A stretch of 64,000 nt of DNA from Callorhinchus milii (taxonomy: Eukaryota): positions 97,342,001 through 97,406,000 of the forward strand of contig NW_024704743.1 of the NCBI RefSeq assembly GCF_018977255.1, read 5' to 3'. A model generated the notes under the pieces. That model had not been told where the DNA came from and searched no databases. It saw nothing but the letters and a program-made list of their open reading frames with translations. Shown piece after piece: positions 1-13,508 of this stretch. A program made the translations under genes and the position numbers. The number at the start of each line of letters is the position of its first letter. The first letter of the stretch is position 1.

Positions 1-234
1 TGTGAATCATGTGATTAAGTAGCACGATACAGTAGTCTAGGATTTACATTATTTTTTAGTCTGGCAGATTCTGTCGTTTCTGTAGATTCCTACACCTGAT
101 TCTGAATGTGAAATACACCTGCAAGTAGATGCACATTGTTTCTCGCTAACTTTAATAGTGTTACATTGGTTAATCTTTCAATGTAATGGCATTCGCTATG
201 AACGTGGATTGTGTTGATAAGTTTGTGTCTACTG

Positions 235-835
235 ACATTTAGGACCCAGATAGAGTACACTAGCAGAGTGATCGAAAGCACGGTCGAAGAGGAGGGTCTT
301 GAGATGGGTCTTGAAGGAGGCAAGGGAGGGTGCGAGATGGAGTTCCAGAGGGTGGGGGCAGAGTGGCAGAAGGCCCGCCCGCCAGTCATGGGGCGAACGA
401 GACGGGGGATGTGAAGCAGGCCAGAGCCCGCTGAGCGGAGGGAGTGAGTAAAATGGTAGGGGGGAGCGAGGTAGGGGGTTAGGAGGTCGCAGAGGTCGGG
501 GGGAAGCAAGACCATGGAGGGCTTTGAAGGTGAGGATCAGGATCTTGAACTGTATCCTCTGTGTAATGGGAAGCCAGTGGAGTCGGGCGAGGATGGGGGT
601 GATAAGTTCATGGAGCCTAGTGCAGGAGAGGACACGGGCTGCAGAGTTCTGGATGATCTGCAGCCTGTGGAAGGAGGAGTTGGGGAGGCCGACAAGCAAG
701 GAGTTTGCATAGTCAAGCCTCGATGTAATGAATGCGTGTATGAGGATTTCGGCAGCCTGCGGTGTGAGACAGTGGCAGAGCTGGGCGATGTTGTGGAGGT
801 GGGGAAGGCAGAGCGGGTCATGACACAGATGTGGG
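235..835 (-). mobile_element. L2 LINE 3' fragment
   Basis: HAFITSRLDYANSLL, LHWLPITQRIQFKIL, GGRAF..SAPTLWN. Confidence 0.92.
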
Positions 836-3614
836 ATAAAAAAAGGATCGAAAACTAATGGCAACATTGTGGGAATAGGATCTGATGCATTAACATCACA
901 AAATTGATAACCAGGTCTACAAAAATTAATGTCAAATAGAGTGATGGGAGCAGGCCCTACACTTCGGTCTCTCTGCTCTGCAGCTAGATACCACATTACT
1001 TCCTGTCGTGTAAGTAGGGCATCAGAGGTATATTCAGTGCTATACACTTTAATCTGATTAAAGCTACTCCAAGACATTTACATGGTCACATTTGAAAAAC
1101 ACTCGCACGTGACTTCAAAGGAGAATTGTGGATGATCATTATGTCTTAAATCCCGTGAAATCAGACGTCTTACAATTCTCATAGTCTTCACCTAAGGACC
1201 ATTGTCTTAAATATGTTATCATTGCAGAAAGAACATTTCCCGAAAATCACGACTAAATTGAAGAATTTTCTTGAGTTCTGACAACATTCTTAAGTCTGAA
1301 AACATAAAACTGTGATGCCTCTGAAGTCCTTGTTTAGATGCCTTGCTCAGATATTTATCAGTCAATTGAACTCTTAATTGAAGGTGTGATTTTCCACTAA
1401 ATGAGTAGTTTAAAAATTCTAGGTCTAAAATTCCACCAAGTCTTATTTTCTCTTAAAATTTAAGGTAATGCAGAATTGTAGAATTTTTTTAAAATTCAGC
1501 CTTAACATGGAAATAAGTTTTGCACAATTTTTAAGCAGTATTGTGGAAAATGACTTGGCAGCCGAAGACAAGGCGGAATTTCTGGCCTAGTATGCTGCAA
1601 GATTTTGTCAAATTTCTCATGCAGTTTAATAATTATGCTTTAAAATTTCCCAGAACCAGTGAAATGTTGTGTGTGTGTGTGTTTCCTTATGTTAAGAATT
1701 TTAAGTTCTGGAATTTAGTTACTGATTTTGGTGAATAAAACAACAGACCCGTTGAGCATCACTTATTTGTAGTGACATTTGTTCCGTGTGGTAAAAAGGA
1801 TGACCTGTTTTGATGAAAGACCCTCTTAACACAGCTCCAGGGTGTTTTACATGTGATTGCAGGCATGTGTAGTCATCTGTTTGAGCAATTTAGTTTGTTA
1901 GAAAACTCTTCAGATATTGCACCCGGATGACGTTCTTTGACATAGAGGGGTGCATCAAACAAGCTGTTCAACTTGCAGAAAAGCTCAAAATGTGTGCGCA
2001 GAACGCTAGAGTGAAAAGACAGTGTTCAGTACTGTAGGAAAATGTAATGTGCTGTGTGTGATACTCTATGACTTGCTTTATGACTTGCTTGTATTGTGTT
2101 TCAGCTGATTGCACCATGCTTTATCTGGTTATCTGTGTAGTCCTTTTTGAATCGCAGACTTGCCAAACAGACATAAGAAGTAGAGAGCTGCTTCCGGAAT
2201 TAACCACATCAAGTCTGTACAGCTAATGTGAGTGCTCACACACACAAACTGGATCAAATAAGACCAAACCATGACAAATGGTGTAAAGACAAAAGTGAAC
2301 TGCTTCAAAAACTTGGACTATTTACTTTTTACTTTGATCCTGGTGCCAGCCTGGCTCGTCAATACTCTCATCTGAGTCAGAAGGTTCTTTAGTACTACAC
2401 TCAGCACTTTAATAGGTTCCTAATATGGGTTCAAACCCCAAGTTCAGGACTTGAGCTCAACGTCTAGGCTGAAACTCCAGGGCAATAGTAGGAGAGCGCT
2501 AGCAAAATTCCAGCATTTTCTTAACATTATTCAAATCAATTGTGAATTGTTCAAATTCCCCCCCAAAACCACTCCATTTATCCAATGTAATAAAGCTGCA
2601 GTTCATGTGAAGTGGTTTAATTTTGTTTTCAATTAGTGCTTTTTTTTGGCAGCTTCAGTTGTCAGGGGAGACAGCATAGAGGAAGACATTAAACTCCCCT
2701 GAGTGAAACCTGATTTCAGGACTCATTTGTTGTCTGTTTCAGGAGACTAGTACTCCCTATACAGGCTATAATTATGTGATATTCCCTACACCTGTCTTTT
2801 TATGTTGCACATTTTAATATGAAATGGTATTAGTGTACACAGCCGGGAAGCCCAGAGGCATTTTGAGAGTGTCTGAAAGAGGAAGACAGGTTAGTGTTTC
2901 AGGCACGCCTCTTTGCCAGAGCACATGATGAAGAGCCATACCCAAGGAACTAAAATTTCACCTAGTCTCAGACCGTAAGACCATTTTGCCTTAAAATTTA
3001 ACATTGCGCAGAATTTTTGAAAAAGTCTTCATCTCAGTCTTAAACTGAAAGCCATTTATTTTTAGGAGCTGAGGAAAATTGTTCAGGTGGACGGTTCAGG
3101 GTTAAAGATTCAAAAAGAGACAGGAGTTTCTCCTGGTATCCTGGTCAACAATGTGAAGTACTTTGAGACGTCCGTCTGACGTGATAAGGTGCTGTATCAA
3201 ATGCAAAGATTATTATTGTTATTATTTTAACTGGCTTCTGAGATAAAGCTAAATGTAACAATTTTCTAATATCCTGCATGGTTTTAATTTTTAAGACAAA
3301 ATAGTCTTAAGGTTAGGTTTATGAGAAATTTTATACTAGAGGAATATTAACTTTTTTTGGTTTCAGTGCTGATAAATCTGCCATGCATTTCAGGCACTTC
3401 CTTTATTTTTAATTTGGATTTTCAGGCATGTGTGGGCTCTTCTCTTTATTTTGACTCTCCAGTTGATTTCGGCAAGTGAATAAAGCTTTGGACATCAACT
3501 AACCAAACCGTTCTTCAGAATGTAGCAATAACACGTTCAGAACTGTTTAAAATATCTGGGTTGATGGGACTGTTATGTTTTACAATAATGTAGTACTCGC
3601 TTCGAAGCTTGCCT

Positions 3615-3730
3615 TGTTTACTGTGATAAACAGGAATTTTCATTTGCAAAAGACAGAGGTAAGGTTTGAGTCATTGTAGACAAAGGAGTTGCTATGGAGA
3701 CTTCCTCAGCACTTTCTCTCCTAATACAAG
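3615..3730 (+). promoter_or_regulatory. Candidate TMEM71 promoter/first-exon region with forkhead motifs and an RFX X-box
   Basis: TGTTTAC (3615), TAAACA (3627), GTTGCTATGGAGAC (3688-3701), donor-like sites at 3659 (gtaagg) and 3731 (gtacac). Confidence 0.35.
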
Positions 3731-6313
3731 GTACACTACTGTTGTAGCGATGAGAACCTTGTTAATTCAGTGGCAGGTATAGAAGGTGTCTTGATTTGTC
3801 TGTGTGCGTTATATAATAACGTCATGGTAAAACTGGGATAAACACCTGGGGTTGGGAAGAGGGAAAATATTTGACACTTCAGTCCAGCGCTGAACATAAA
3901 ATGCAGACCGTGACCTCATCTTAACTCTTCGAGGACCTATGAGCAGGATAGCAATGATGTGAATGTGTATAGTTGAATGTTTTTAAGTAAACTCGTTATC
4001 TGAGTCACCCCTGTATATTCAGGAGCCTTGATCATGTCGACTCTTTCATTGTCCAGTGATCCCTCTGAGCATGACCACTACTAATAATGTATTTTTGTAT
4101 TTTAAACAAACAAATATACCTCTTAATTTTTTTTGACAAGTAAGTAGTGTGTCTGTTTACAGTGGTTAATGAATGTGTCTAAGTGGCTGATACTAAAATC
4201 CATTCTCATTTTTGTTTATGAGATGTGCTGATGCAGTTTAGCTGCTGTTTTACCTATATAAGGTTCACTTTCATTTCTAATCAACTGCATTTTATTGAGC
4301 ACTTTGAGACGTTTAATTTTACGTAATGAGCACAGTTCAAACCAAGTTAGTATCGTTACTCCTGTAAAGATGTTTATGTAATTGAAGAAGCCTTTAGAAA
4401 TTGAACACAAGCGTTCCTGGCGCTTAAGGGTTAGTGGATGAAATAGAAATAATGTGGGCTGTGACATTCTGAAGTTATTGGCTGGAAGACGTTTCTCTGC
4501 GGAATAAAGGGAAAAGCATCAGAGCTCTGCATACAGCCATCACTGATCAATCTGTTAGTTCACTTGAGCACTGTCTGAGCAAGAGCATAACACTGACCTC
4601 ATTTTGGCTGCACAGCTCTGGATTGTGCAATAGGTTGAAAGAAAATAGTTTGGGAAGGAGGGGAGCACGGGAGGGGAGAAGGCTGCAGATCATGGGAATG
4701 TGTAGCTGTTCTATAAATAAAACTTCCTTTAAGTTCTGGGGAATTTTAGAGCTGATGTCCCGTTCCCTCGTTCGACTGAAAATAAATCTCAAACTCCGTT
4801 CACTTTGTTTGTGGGCATGACTCCCACCGACTATCCATCCGGGCTACTATGAGATTGTACTGCAGACTGTAACCAGTCTGTCTGCAGATTAATGGGATAA
4901 AGGCTGTCCAAACGTATGCATTCTGAAGTTACAATGACTTCATCGATGCACTGAAATAACTGGAGCAGTGTTTTATTTGAAGTGCATGTGCTCTCTCACT
5001 TTCCCTCCTGGAGGCAGAATGTTAACCTAAACGGAAATCACTCTTCAGAGGCCAATCTCAGGGTTTTTGCTTTCCTGAGGGAATGTTTTCCTTTTTTAAA
5101 TGTGCTTTATTTGTTACTGTATTTTAAATAATAATAATAAAATAAACAAATAAAGAAACAAATAATGAAAACAAAACATTACTAACAAAGAAAGACATTT
5201 ATCGCGATAACTAACAGATATCAGTATCTAACATTGGGCTGGAAATTCTCATGTTCTAAGTCACAAGATTTAAGATTTTTGGAATCGATTCTTAAATTCA
5301 TTATTTTGGAAGCCAGTTTTCTACAGTTCTTGACCATCCTTTGGATTTATTTACACTTTTCAACTTCTAGGCTAGCATTACTGCAACAATATAACCTTGA
5401 AACAACAACAACTTGCATTTATTTAGCGCCCTCCTTGCAAAACCTCTCTAGGTGCTTGCATACTAAGAATTTAGGACCATAGGGTGGGATGGTCACTGGT
5501 TCTAATCTTGCTCTGCTCAGTTCCTATCAATTAACTTTGTTTTAATGTGGGGTCTGAGTTTATGGACCAATCACTACAGTCTACAGGATGTTCTGTGAAG
5601 CACTTTGGGACATCTTGAAAATGTGATAAGGAGCTATATCAAATTCAAGTATTATTATTATTAGATAAATAATACAAATTATAATTTTTGCATTTCATAC
5701 AGTAACTTTCATGTTGGTAGGCTCTCTCAGAGGATTTACTGTATCGTGATTGTGTATTTTATATGCAAGTGCAGCAGCCATTTGCACATAGCAGTGTCCC
5801 GTCCTCCCGACGTGAAAGGCGCTCTATAAATGGAATCTTGTTGTTGTTGTTGTTGTTGTCCTACAAACAGCCATGAAGTGTATGACCAATTTTATTTGGG
5901 TGATTTTTGGTCAGGACACAGAAAAACAACCCTTTTTGAATTGTGCCATGGGTTCTTGAACATCCGTTTGAACAGGGAGAGAGGAGACAGTTTAATGTCT
6001 CATCCGAAGGGTAGGACCCTCGACAATGCAACACATCCCAAGTTGAATCTACAACCTTCTGAGTCAAAGGCGAGAATGATGGGGTGTAATGGGGTTGCCC
6101 TGCAGTTTGTACACTTGCAATAATACAAAGATTTCCAGCAGACAAAATACCAGCTCAGGCAAGTGTGTTTTTCATTGTTGAAGTGCTCAAGTAAATCTTT
6201 AGGAGTCTACTGAAACAGTCATCTTATTTTAATTGAACTATCTATTTGTTTTTAATAGATCAGTATTCACTCCTCATCAATACTTGACTCTTGAATAACA
6301 AACAACGTCAGAA

Positions 6314-6353
6314 ATGTATCCAGCATCACCTTATTTTTCGTCACCACTACAAG
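6314..6353 (+). CDS. TMEM71: TMEM71 coding exon 1 (MYPASPYFSSPLQ); exon begins at 6259 with 5'UTR
   Basis: Acceptor ttttaatag at 6258, ATG at 6314, donor gtaaac at 6354. 40 coding nt, phase 1, in frame with downstream exons. Resembles the recalled TMEM71 N-terminus (MYRISQLMSTPVA). Confidence 0.8.
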
Positions 6354-8175
6354 GTAAACTCAACATTCAAAAGGCCATCACTCAATGATACACTGTGATG
6401 CGCTGTTCATTAAGAGCAAGCTAATGTGAATAACCTGGTGAGAGAAAACCACTGTTTTTCCTCCTCTCTTCCCATTTCAGATGTTGTCCCAGAGCGTTAT
6501 AAATTATATTAAAGGCAGCTAAAAAGACCCAAATACAGTTAAGACCGGTGTCTGGTTTAGACCTTTGTTTTAACCCATCTTGATTGTGCCATATTTTGTA
6601 ACTCAATTATAGTCGTTTACATTCAACCACTTATTCTTTCCTAGATGTAGGACATTGTTCAGCAAGTTCATCCAAATTTACCTGGATGTAGAGATATAAT
6701 GTAATGTGCCATTCTTCATGTGTCAGATTTGATAGTGAGCATCTATGTGGTTATTTACCGTGTGGTAATCAGAAGGAACCTACGTTCCTTGCAGAAAGTA
6801 GACTGAGTCATGGGACATCCTGCACAATGTACCAGCTGTGATTTAGGAATACTATTTAAAATAATTTTGGTGGAATGTCAGAGGGTGACTTTAGAGGGAG
6901 GTATTTGGCCAGAAACAGAGAACACAATATTGCCGGCAGTGGAGTGATTCATGCACCATGGCCGCTCATGAGAATATCATAATAATCGATATGGCACCTT
7001 TCATATCAGGACATCTCAAACTGCTTCACAGGATTTACTGTAAAGTGTAGGGATTGTGCAACTTGTAGTTGAATGCAGCAGGCAATTTGAGCACGGCAGT
7101 GCAAAATAGCCATGAGGTGAATGACCAATTTTATCTGAGGGATTGTTGGCCAGGACACTGGGATGAAACTCCCTTGTCAATCAGTAATGAAGGATTTAGA
7201 CTACCAGGGTATTAGAGTCTAAGTACTAAGTGCAAAATATACTAGTATTTATATCTGAATGTTTCAATAGCTACAGTGATGTAAATACTTCTAATCTTAT
7301 CTGGTTTATCCGTCTGAGTAGCCATTACTGCCCAGTTCAGCTTGGGTGACGCTGGGAACAGATGTACCTTATTTTGACAGGAGAAATTACATTTCACAAC
7401 ATGAAGAAATCTATTCTGGCTAATTAACAATGTAGAATCACTAATGCCCAATAAGTTATTTTGGAGATTTGCTTAAAAAAACTTTGCAAAATAAGATCAG
7501 AATTATTTGAAAATGTTTCTTACCAGCGATGATCATTCCAACATGGATTTTCCAGTGTGTGTGAACAATTGCAGGCTCGTGGAGCTATAGCCTAAGGCAC
7601 AGTGATGAAACTATTTGAACTTTGTGAAAAAGGAAATGGAGCCATACTTTGTAGCTGACAGCTGCCTTTTGCTTTTGTGGGAGTTCCTCTTATCACAAAG
7701 TATGGTGACTTTGATGATGTGTGCTTATAATGAGAGAATCCTTTTATAAATGTACATCATTAAAGTCTCTCCATATAACAATCAACAATTTCACAATCTA
7801 GGAATGTCAATACAGAAAGAGTGAGCTGTGGTGATAAGTTAGACTTATTCTCTCCCATTGATTGGAATGGGAGGGAATAAGAATAAGCAGTGCCTTTGAA
7901 TCTTGCAATGTAGAGAAGGGATTGTTTCTAACCCTACTGTACTGTCAGGAGGGTCTAGTGCTCCTAGTTAGAAACTCTGAGCTGGTTATATTCAGATACT
8001 CATTGGGGAAAAGATTAAACCATAGCAGCTTTCACATGTCTACTAATGTAAAACAGGCACATTCAACTTACAGAAGGCAGTTCAACCATCTATGGGTTTG
8101 ATAGTAATCTTCACCTTGGTTACAGGTTTGAGGCTGTTCCTTTAACTAACTCTGATTTTTTAATGTTTGCAGCAG

Positions 8176-8236
8176 GTACACAGATGCTTCAGAAAGAGAC
8201 AGACAGAGATGAGTTTTCTGACGAGGCTCTGCAAAG
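8176..8236 (+). CDS. TMEM71: TMEM71 coding exon 2 (GTQMLQKETDRDEFSDEALQS)
   Basis: tttgcagcag acceptor (NAGNAG), gtaatg donor, 61 nt, phases 1->2 fit neighbours. Confidence 0.8.
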
Positions 8237-9671
8237 GTAATGTCACTGTGAATTTATTAGCAGTGGTTAGCATTTTTCCTCTCATCATAGGGACCAAAGG
8301 GGTCTATTATCTGATCATATGTAAAAATAACAATCATTAAACCTTACAATGAAAAATTCAATTGCAAGAAAGTGATGAAAAGATTGCTACTTTTAGCTCA
8401 ATGTGTGTAGTGCCCCACTTGGTTTGAATGATCTGTTTTCTCGGAAACAGGGAACCATTTCAAACCAAATGGAAATTGTTGATTCTACCCCAGTAAAAAG
8501 TTTAAGGGCTGTTGTTCCTATTACCAGCTTAGCCCCTCTGTCTATGCTCTTGCTGTTGAATTGGATGCTGTCTTATAATACTGAAGGATTGAAAGCTCAG
8601 TGCGATGCATTTTATTGCTCCAGTATATCTGAGGGCTACTTCAGACTTTATAGAAAATAATCCTTGCATTTAATGTAGTGCTTAAACATTGAACGTCTTA
8701 AAGTGCTTCACAGTTATTTGCTGTAACTGTGGTACTCTATATATGGAGGCAAATGCGGCAGCCAATTTGCATACAGCAATGCTCCATAATAGTCATGAAG
8801 TGAACGATCAATTGATCTGGAGGATAGTTAGCCAGGACATTAGGAGGAACTCCTTTCTCTTTTTAAAAAGTGAGATTGTTAACTTTTACCTGACCAGGAC
8901 CTCAGTTTAACTTCTCTGAAGGCCAGCACCTCTCAAACCACTACTGAGCTGGAGTGTCAGTCTAGATTGTGAGTTCGCAAAGTCTCCACGTAAGGCTTGA
9001 ACCTACAACCTTTTGACCCAGAGGAAAGGTACTATAAACTGAGCCATGCTACCACACATGCTGTGCTAAATAAATATACAAAATAAATAGATGTTAATGC
9101 TCGGCACTCATGTATCTGCTATTGTGCACAGATTACCTAAACACAAATAACTGTGGTTCTAAACTTGTGCAATAAGCAGGTGGGTGTCTGTTTTTGTTGC
9201 ACACAAGTGAGGCTTTTCTTTAGCATCCATCAGGCAGTAAACATCACATAATATATTTTTATCTGTGGGGTGAAGTTTATTGCAAGAATTTCCTTCAGTT
9301 GCTAATCTGAAGAGGCATTGTAATGATTATGTACTGAGATGAAACTAATATTTAACAGATAAAACCCATGAAACTGGCTGAAAAGGGTTGTTTGTATAGC
9401 AATTAAGTAACAATCCTGTTTTCCTGTTCCTTCAGTGAGGTGAACATCCTCCTGGGGTTGAGGGGGTGAGGATGGGAGCAGGAGATAAGCAGGGAGTCAA
9501 TCTTCTTGGTAGTCCGCTTTGGAGTCAGGTAGATTTGCAATGCTCCGGGCCACTGCTTATGCAGCCTGGTAGAACTTTGAGGAGCAGATTGGGGACAGAG
9601 ATTTTCCCATTTGACTAGTGTTATCCCTGCATCCAAAGTTCTCTTCTAATCTTGTATTATGTTACCTGCAG

Positions 9672-9881
9672 TTCAAGCTTCTCTTTGCTACCTGGTGAAA
9701 CCCCCAGTGGACTCTTCAACCTGAACACTGTGACTGGTTCTCCTTTTGTGTATCGTCGGAGTCCTCGCCTGCTGAGCAATGGCTATTATGATCTGAGTGA
9801 GGAGAGCTTTATGGATGAGGATGGAAATATCACACTGACCCCATCCAAAATGAACATCAGTTACAAGGAGAACCTTGTGAG
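9672..9881 (+). CDS. TMEM71: TMEM71 coding exon 3, conserved domain
   Basis: Encodes TGSPFVYRRSPRLLSNGYYDLSEESFMDEDGNITLTPSKMNISYKENLVR, matching recalled TMEM71 (RRSPRLLTNGYY...DGNITLNPS...YKENLVR); ctgcag/gtaggt boundaries. Confidence 0.95.
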
Positions 9882-10127
9882 GTAGGTGTCTCTCCACTAT
9901 TTTGCCTCAGCCTGTGGAGCTGCGTATCAGAGCAAGATCCATATTGCACTCGTGGTTAGCAGCCCATCATAGCTGGGAGATGAGCTTTAAGAGACATTGA
10001 CTGGAATTTCCTTGGCTTAGGATGGGATTGTCGCTGTGAACAATGGCTAAATGAACATGACTATACCGTGAGTCAGTATTCACTGTTGAGGTTCCCACAT
10101 TAGGATCACCCGCTTGCTGAATTAACT

Positions 10128-10610
10128 ACAACAACAACAACAAGATTCCATTTATAAAGCGCCTTTCACGTCAGGAGGACGTCCCAAGGCGCTGCACAGT
10201 TGGGTCATGACCCGAGCAGGGGGGAAACGGTCAGGGTGAGGGGAGGGGAGGGAGCGAGGAGGGGGGAAATGGTCAGGGTGAGGGGAGGGATGGGAGGGAG
10301 CGAGAAGGGGGAAGAGAGTCGAGAGGGGAGCTGAAGGCTCGGTCAAAGAGAAAGGTTTTGAGACCGGCCTTGAAGGAGGAAAGGGAGGAAGCAAGGCGAA
10401 GGCACTGGGGGACAGAGTTCCAGAGCCTCGGGGCTGAGAGGCTGAAGGCCCGACCACCGATGGTAGGGCGATTGGGGCGGGGGATGTGGAGCAGACCGGA
10501 CCCGGAGGAACGGAGGGTACGGGCAGGTAGGTAGGGGGATAGTAGGTTGGAGAGGTAGGAGGGAGCAAGGCCGTGAATGGCCTTGTAGGTGAGGATGAGG
10601 ATCTTGAAAT
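10128..10610 (-). mobile_element. Young L2 LINE 3' end
   Basis: FKILILTYKAIHGLAPSYL...FDRAF, stem-loop tail, (TTG)n. Confidence 0.93.
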
Positions 10611-10669
10611 CAACTATGATATTAATAATGCCAATATGCGTAATCATCAATGTATTTATGATTAATAAT

Positions 10670-11067
10670 AATACGTACATTTCATATAGGTCCTTTCACA
10701 TTGGGAGGTTATCCCAAAACACTTCAAAGCATTTGCTTTTTTTAACAGACTATGTTTTTTTGGTGGGCATTCACGGCAGCCAATTGTCACACAGCAATGC
10801 TCCACAAACAGCCATCAAGCGAATAACCATTTTTATTTGGGGGATTGTTGGCCAGGATAACGTGAGAAACTCTCTTTTCTTTTCAAATAGTGCTATGGGA
10901 TCTTGAATGTCTCATTTGAAGGAGGGACTTCTGACAATACAACGTAGCTCCAGCGCGACATTGGAGTGTCAGCTTAGTCTATATGAGTTCCAAATCCCGA
11001 CATGGGGCTTGAAACCACAACGTCTGACTCGGAAGCAGGAGTGTTACCAACTGAGCCTACTTGACAC
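10670..11067 (-). mobile_element. Deu-domain SINE; further copies at ~5690-6075(-), 8668-9055(-), 11660-12076(-), 15975-16182(+)
   Basis: Reverse-complement similarity to 62231..62658. Confidence 0.7.
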
Positions 11068-11454
11068 ATACTTAAGAGGAACCTCAATGCACACATGAGG
11101 GAAAAGGGAATAGAGGGGTGTGGGAGAGGAGATTAGGAGGGTTGAGGCTCATGTGGAGTATAAACACTAGCATGGACTAGTTGGGCCAAATGGTCAGTTT
11201 CTATGCGGTTGCAGGCTGTGTACGACCTCCCAGCAGATGCCTCTCTAGTGGATTGCCAAGTTCAACAGGTGGAGCAGAAGAGGGGGAGGGGACGCTTGAG
11301 TACTTGTCAGTGATACTGATCTCTGAGCTAGGCTTAGACTGTGATAGTATTCAATTGTCTCTCCAAAACTCAACCTACTGAAAGAATCCACCACAAGCCT
11401 CAGTCTTGTCTTACTCAAGACCAAATGCAATAAAACTTTTGTTTTCTTTTCTAG

Positions 11455-11627
11455 GATTTTCCGGCGTAGAAGACGTGTCCGCAGATCATTAGCAAATCTT
11501 TTCAACATCAAGAGCTCTGTTTCATGGCTAAACAGCAGTCTCTTCAGTGGGGCTGAGTGTCCCCTGGCAGAATCCTCTTGGATTGATGGTGGCAGTGACT
11601 TTGAATCTAGCTTCAGCAACAACCAGG
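11455..11627 (+). CDS. TMEM71: TMEM71 coding exon 4 (IFRRRRRVRRSLANLFNIKSSVSWLNSSLF...)
   Basis: ttttctag/gtaaat boundaries, 173 nt, homologous to TMEM71 IFRKKKR...SLFN...SWL. Confidence 0.93.
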
Positions 11628-12234
11628 GTAAATGATACCAATAATTACTAATAATCCTTACATTTGGTATAATGCCTTTCACGTTAGGAGGACATCCTGA
11701 AGTTCTTCATAGGATATACTGTAAAATGCAGTGTATGTATTTATGGGCAATTTGTGCACAGGCATGTCCTACAAATAGTCACAAAATTAATGACCAATTC
11801 TATCTGGGGGAATTGTTGGCCGGGTCACCCTCCAAATTTTTAATAATTTCATGGAATTTTTAACATCTACTTGAACAGGCAGATGGTTTAAAGTCCCATT
11901 TGAAGGATGGCGCCTCCAACAATGCATCACATCCCCAGCACTCTATTCAAGTGTGAGATTATGTGGGTTTGTCTTGAGTCTCAAGAGAGTTCAAGAGTAC
12001 AAGACTCTCAAAGTCTTGAACCACAACCTTCGGACTCCAGAGGTGAGAATGCTACCAACTGAGCCAACCTGACACCAGCAAGAGGTTGGGAGAGTGCAAG
12101 ACAGAGGGATGTAAGAGAGTTTCAGAAAGCAGGGAACCGGGTGGCTGAAGGCTCAGCCAGTGATGGTGAGGCAGGGGACATGGAGCAGACAGTAACCTGC
12201 AGTACCACTAGTCAATCACTACACTTAGTATTTG

Positions 12235-13272
12235 TAATTAAACTTATAAAATCTCATGATTTGGGCTTAAAGAAAACTTGCCTTAAAATTGGAGATTGTG
12301 CAGAATTTTAGTTTTAAAGTTGGTTTTCTGGAGTTCTTAAAGAGACCTGTGGAAAACTGGCTTCCAAATTAAGACTGAATTTAGCTATTTTCCAAACTTC
12401 CATAGTCTTAAAAAAGTGTTAACAACAGCAACAAAATTACATTTGTATAGCACCTTTCACGTCGGGAGGACGTCCCAAGGAACTGGACAGTCAGTATTTC
12501 GGTCCCGAGCTGGGTGTCGGAATTAGGAAGGGTGGAGGGCACTGGGGGAAGGAGGGTGATCGAAAGCAAGGTCGAAGAGAATGATTTTGAGATGGGTCTT
12601 GAAGGAGGCAAGGGAGGGGGCGAGGCGGAGGGACTGCGGGATGGAGTTCCAGAGGGTGGGGGCAGAGTGCGGGGGATGTGAAGCAGGCCGGAGCCCGCTG
12701 AGTGGAGGGAGCGGGCATGTTGGTAGGGGGCTAGGAGGTCACAGAGGTAGGGGGGAGCGAGGCCATGGAGGGCTTTGAAGGTGAGGACAAGCATCCTGAA
12801 CTGTATCCTCTGGTATGATGGGAAACCAGTGGAGGATGGGAGTGATAGGGTTACGGAGCCTGTTGCGGGAGAAGACACTGGCTGCAGCGTTCTGGAAGAT
12901 CTGCAGGGAGATGTTGGGGAGGCCAACAAGCAGGGAGCTTGCATAGTCAAGCCTGGATGTTATGAATGCGTGTATGAGGGTTTCGGCGGCCTGCGGTGTG
13001 AGACAGTGGTGGAGCCGGGTGATGTTGCAGAGCTGGGGGAAGGCAAAGCGGGACAAGGCATGGTGTGGGGTAGAAATGAAAGTTGAGGGTCAAACAAGAT
13101 GCCAAGGTTCCGGACTGGCTTAGCAAAGTGGAGTCTGCATCCTTGGATGGTGATGCTGTCAGCACCTGAGGTGAGGAGGCGCTGACGGGAGCCAATCAGG
13201 AGAGCCTCGGTCTTGTTGAATGAAGCCTCAGTCTTGTTCAGAGAATGCTCTTAAGGCCTGAGAAATTCAGGC
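12235..13272. repeat. AT-rich interspersed repeat, possibly a MITE/DNA-transposon derivative, split by an L2; related pieces near 1110-1730, 2950-3330, 5237-5340 and 38650-39010
   Basis: Shared words (aaattaagactgaattta, ggaagccagttttc, ctg(a)aatttctca-like ends); family not identified. Confidence 0.4.
12421..13240 (-). mobile_element. L2 LINE 3' fragment nested in an AT-rich repeat
   Basis: AAETLIHAFITSRLDY, KALHGLAPPYL, tail with (TTG)n. Confidence 0.9.
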
Positions 13273-13304
13273 TGCTGATGTACGATTTAAATCTTTTATT
13301 TCAG

Positions 13305-13508
13305 AAGGTACCACAGACTTCAGTGAAAAATCCTGGTTATCGGAAGAAAATACACCGTCATTCAACACTGAGTCCCTAATGAATACTGAAGTCTGCTCCA
13401 CAGAGGGTCTGTTGGTAACTCAGTCGACAGAAGGCATTTTAGATCTTCCTCCTCATTCCCAATTACTTTCTGCCAAATGTTTCTGCAGTCACATGCCAAA
13501 AGGTCCAG
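13305..13508 (+). CDS. TMEM71: TMEM71 coding exon 5 (poorly conserved linker)
   Basis: tttcag acceptor (NAGNAG cagaag), gtgagt donor, 204 nt open in the required frame, phase 1->1. Confidence 0.82.

Noticed and set aside
2105..2228. Possible upstream non-coding exon (tttcag ... gtgagt)
   Set aside because: Only splice-like motifs; no independent support
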